In this document: one piece after another, positions 61,765 to 64,000 of the stretch | Layout of the letters: the number at the start of each line of letters is the position of its first letter | Numbering within the stretch: the first letter of the stretch is position 1 | Assembly: GCA_963777605.1 (NCBI GenBank) | Contig: CAVZRV010000007.1 | Location: forward strand, 896,001-960,000 | From: an uncultured Acidobacteriota bacterium | Lineage (GTDB): Bacteria; Acidobacteriota; UBA6911; RPQK01; JAPXNP01 | Reading direction: 5' to 3' | Length of the DNA: 64,000 nt | Notes under the pieces: model-generated | Seen by the model: the letters and a program-made list of their open reading frames with translations, nothing else | Databases searched by the model: none | Told to the model about the DNA's origin: nothing | Program-made: the position numbers and the translations under genes

Positions 61765-61794
61765 ATTCTATTGAGGGGCGCCCGAAAGAGTCAA
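61765..61794 (-). promoter_or_regulatory. Putative sigma70 promoter for AGPS-SDR (TTGACT-N18-TAGAAT)
   Basis: Near-consensus hexamers 47 nt upstream of ATG; hairpin at 61801-61830 separates it from pcm. Confidence 0.6.
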
Positions 61795-61845
61795 ACGACT
61801 GAGGCCGAGGAGGCTTCCCGAACTCGGCCTTCGCAGTCGCTTTGG

Positions 61846-62490
61846 TCAACGCTTCCAACCGTATTCACCGATCAGGGGAACGAAAGTGCAGCGTTCCCGC
61901 CGCTCCTCGACCAAGCCTCCGGCCTCCCGCCGAAAGACGTAGAGGACCTGAGAGAAACCGTCCTCGATCGGGATGACCAGCCGGCCCTGGAGAGCCAATT
62001 GTGAGCCGAGCGGTTGGGGCAAACCCGGGGCCCCGGCAGTCACGATAATGCAGTCAAAAGGCGCCTCCTCCGGCCACCCGAGAGTGCCGTCTCCCACCCG
62101 TACCTCGACCGAGTAGCCGAGGGTGTCCAGTACCGCCTGGGCTTCGGTGGCGAGGGTCGCAAGTCGTTCAATCGAGAAAACCCGGGCACCTATTTCCGCC
62201 AGGATCGCAGCCTGGTAGCCCGAGCCGAGTCCAACCTCGAGTACCTTGTCCCTCTCGTGGACCTGGGCGGCCTCGGTCATCGCGGCCACCATGTAGGGCT
62301 GGCTGATGGTCTGGCCCTGTCCGATGGGAAGCGGAGAATCCCGGTACGCTTCTTCACACAGCTTCGCTTTGACGAACTCGTGGCGGGGAACCCGGAGGAA
62401 TGCTTCCAGGATCCGGGGATCGGAGACGCCACGAGCCCTGAGCTGGCTCTCAACCATCCGAAGTCGAGCTGCTTTGAAATCTAAAGGCAT
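61846..62490 (-). CDS. pcm: Protein-L-isoaspartate O-methyltransferase
   Basis: VPRHEFV, GQTISQPYMVA, LEVGLGSGYQAA, GDGTLGWPEEAPFD, FVPLIG. Confidence 0.95.
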   Translation of the reverse strand: MPLDFKAARLRMVESQLRARGVSDPRILEAFLRVPRHEFVKAKLCEEAYRDSPLPIGQGQTISQPYMVAAMTEAAQVHERDKVLEVGLGSGYQAAILAEIGARVFSIERLATLATEAQAVLDTLGYSVEVRVGDGTLGWPEEAPFDCIIVTAGAPGLPQPLGSQLALQGRLVIPIEDGFSQVLYVFRREAGGLVEERRERCTFVPLIGEYGWKR

Positions 62491-62511
62491 TGGGACCAAA
62501 CCCTGATCCAA

Positions 62512-63315
62512 TCATACATCCTTCTCAAATCCCGGCAGAAGAGGCTGGGCGGAGGCGTCATTCTGGCGTTTCCGGAGAAGCGTGTACAGGCGCCGGTACT
62601 CGGCCGCACTCAGTTCCCGCCGGTGGTCCCGCAGGGCCAGCCTGGCGACTTCGATCCGGGCGGGGTCCGAAGCCTCCTCCAGGCGGGCAAGGAGCAAGCG
62701 ATAGGGTTCGCTGGGGTCGCGAGAGAATTCACGAACCGATGGAAAGGACAGCCGGTGGGCAGGGCAGGTCCCGAGCCGGCCAAGTGCATCGCGGTGAAAC
62801 CGCGTAGGATAGCCCATGTGCTGGGCGAATCCGTAGCCGGGATAGAGGCGATCAAGGTCCACCATCATTCGATCCCGCTCCGTCTTGGCCATGATAGACG
62901 CAGCGGCGATGGACACGGAAAGCTGGTCTCCCTTGACCAGGCTGGTCTGGGGAATCGACAGGTCGGCGAGGCGTCGGGCATCGATGAGAAGGTAGTCCGC
63001 CTCAGGGGAAAGGGCCTCAACGGCGCGTCGCATTGCCAGGAGAGAAGCCTGATAGATGTTCAGCGCGTCGATCTCGCGGACGTTGGCCAGCCCAATTCCG
63101 AACGCCAACGCCGTGTGGGAAATTTCGTTCGCCAGGCGTTCCCGCGTCGAGGGGGATAGCTTCTTGGAGTCGTCGATTCCTTTAGGGACACCTTCGGCGG
63201 GAAGAATCACAGCAGCAGCAACGACCGGCCCGGCAAGGGGGCCGACGCCGGCTTCATCGACGCCGGCGATCCGTTGATGACCGCCAGCCCGGAGCTCGCG
63301 TTCGTGAAGGGTCAT
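62512..63315 (-). CDS. rnhB: Ribonuclease HII
   Basis: GVDEAGVGPLAGPV, DDSKKL, KGD..S.SIAAASIMAK. Confidence 0.93.
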   Translation of the reverse strand: MTLHERELRAGGHQRIAGVDEAGVGPLAGPVVAAAVILPAEGVPKGIDDSKKLSPSTRERLANEISHTALAFGIGLANVREIDALNIYQASLLAMRRAVEALSPEADYLLIDARRLADLSIPQTSLVKGDQLSVSIAAASIMAKTERDRMMVDLDRLYPGYGFAQHMGYPTRFHRDALGRLGTCPAHRLSFPSVREFSRDPSEPYRLLLARLEEASDPARIEVARLALRDHRRELSAAEYRRLYTLLRKRQNDASAQPLLPGFEKDV

Positions 63316-63368
63316 GTCCGGCCGCGAAGGCGCCGATTTTCGGCGATAAGAGGCGGCGGATGTTCGAC

Positions 63369-64000
63369 TCAAGAGGAAAGCAGCTCCTCGTTCATGAACA
63401 GGAGGGTCCCGAAGGCGCGCGGAACGTGAAAGTCCGGATCAGGGGTCAATGTCGGCCGCCAGCAGAAGTAGAGCCTCCCGGGTTCGCTGCCGGCCGCGCG
63501 AAACAGGTTGAGTCGCCAGGTCGAACCGGGCCGGGGCCGGTCTGCCTGCGCCTCTTTCTTGAGCATCGGTTCAAATGGGATCCGCAAGGCGGTCAGCCAC
63601 AACCCCTCGTCCTCCCGAACCAGCGTCGCGGATTTCAGTTGAGATCTCCAGTCCCAATCCACGCTGCGACGTGGTTCCAGGACGTGGAGGTCCAGCCACT
63701 GGTTGAGCGGGCTGACTTCGAACTCGAAATAGCCGTCGGCACCGGCGGGCCGGATGAACGCCTCGACAACGTCGAATTCCCACAGCTGGTCGCACGGTCC
63801 GCCGACTCCGAACGCCGGGTTGACGTTCAACCGGGTGAAGGTGGCCGCGAAATAGAGAAAGAGAGCTTCGTCGTTCCAGAGCGATGCCACCGTCATCACC
63901 GGCGGCCGGCCGTCAATGGCCGGAAGCTCCCCGTTCCAGAGGCGATCAACGGGTAACTCACGGTCGGTTTGAAAAGGTTGTTGGGCCGGGTCGAGCAGGT
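63369..64000 (-). CDS. Carbohydrate-binding family 9-like (DOMON-like) protein, 5' part outside window
   Basis: LWNDEALFLYF, LWEFDVVEAFI, YFEFEVSP, WRLNLFR, PDFHVP; frame open to window edge. Confidence 0.8.
   Translation of the reverse strand, partial: LLDPAQQPFQTDRELPVDRLWNGELPAIDGRPPVMTVASLWNDEALFLYFAATFTRLNVNPAFGVGGPCDQLWEFDVVEAFIRPAGADGYFEFEVSPLNQWLDLHVLEPRRSVDWDWRSQLKSATLVREDEGLWLTALRIPFEPMLKKEAQADRPRPGSTWRLNLFRAAGSEPGRLYFCWRPTLTPDPDFHVPRAFGTLLFMNEELLSS

Overview
Origin-proximal chromosome segment of a GC-rich bacterium, most likely an Acidobacteriota member (inferred from gene families such as the Acidobacterial-type VWA protein and secreted proteins with a lineage-typical C-terminal domain). 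Core content: MacAB-like exporter parts, a kinase-dCMP deaminase fusion, acyl-CoA dehydrogenase, a decaying por(GDAB) operon, nfuA, an ECF sigma/anti-sigma locus, a full Rrf2-sufBCDSUT operon, moeA-moaC, selD (a selenoprotein, with UGA and SECIS), parAB with two parS sites, rsmG-mnmG-mnmE-jag-yidC-yidD-rnpA-rpmH, tRNA-Sec, a probable oriC not linked to dnaA, and tRNA-Ser followed by decaying accessory genes. The most notable signal is a candidate eukaryote-like ether-lipid pathway within about 14 kb: a lipid kinase plus an ElbD-like FAR-adenylation-ACP-acyltransferase megaprotein, and an alkyl-DHAP synthase (AGPS) closely resembling the animal enzyme, translationally coupled to an SDR. Also seen: a shared ECF-type promoter linking split exporter loci, a complete sigma54 promoter architecture, several leaderless genes, and four single-base frameshifts that may be assembly errors. 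All assignments come from reading motifs by eye; no database search was run.
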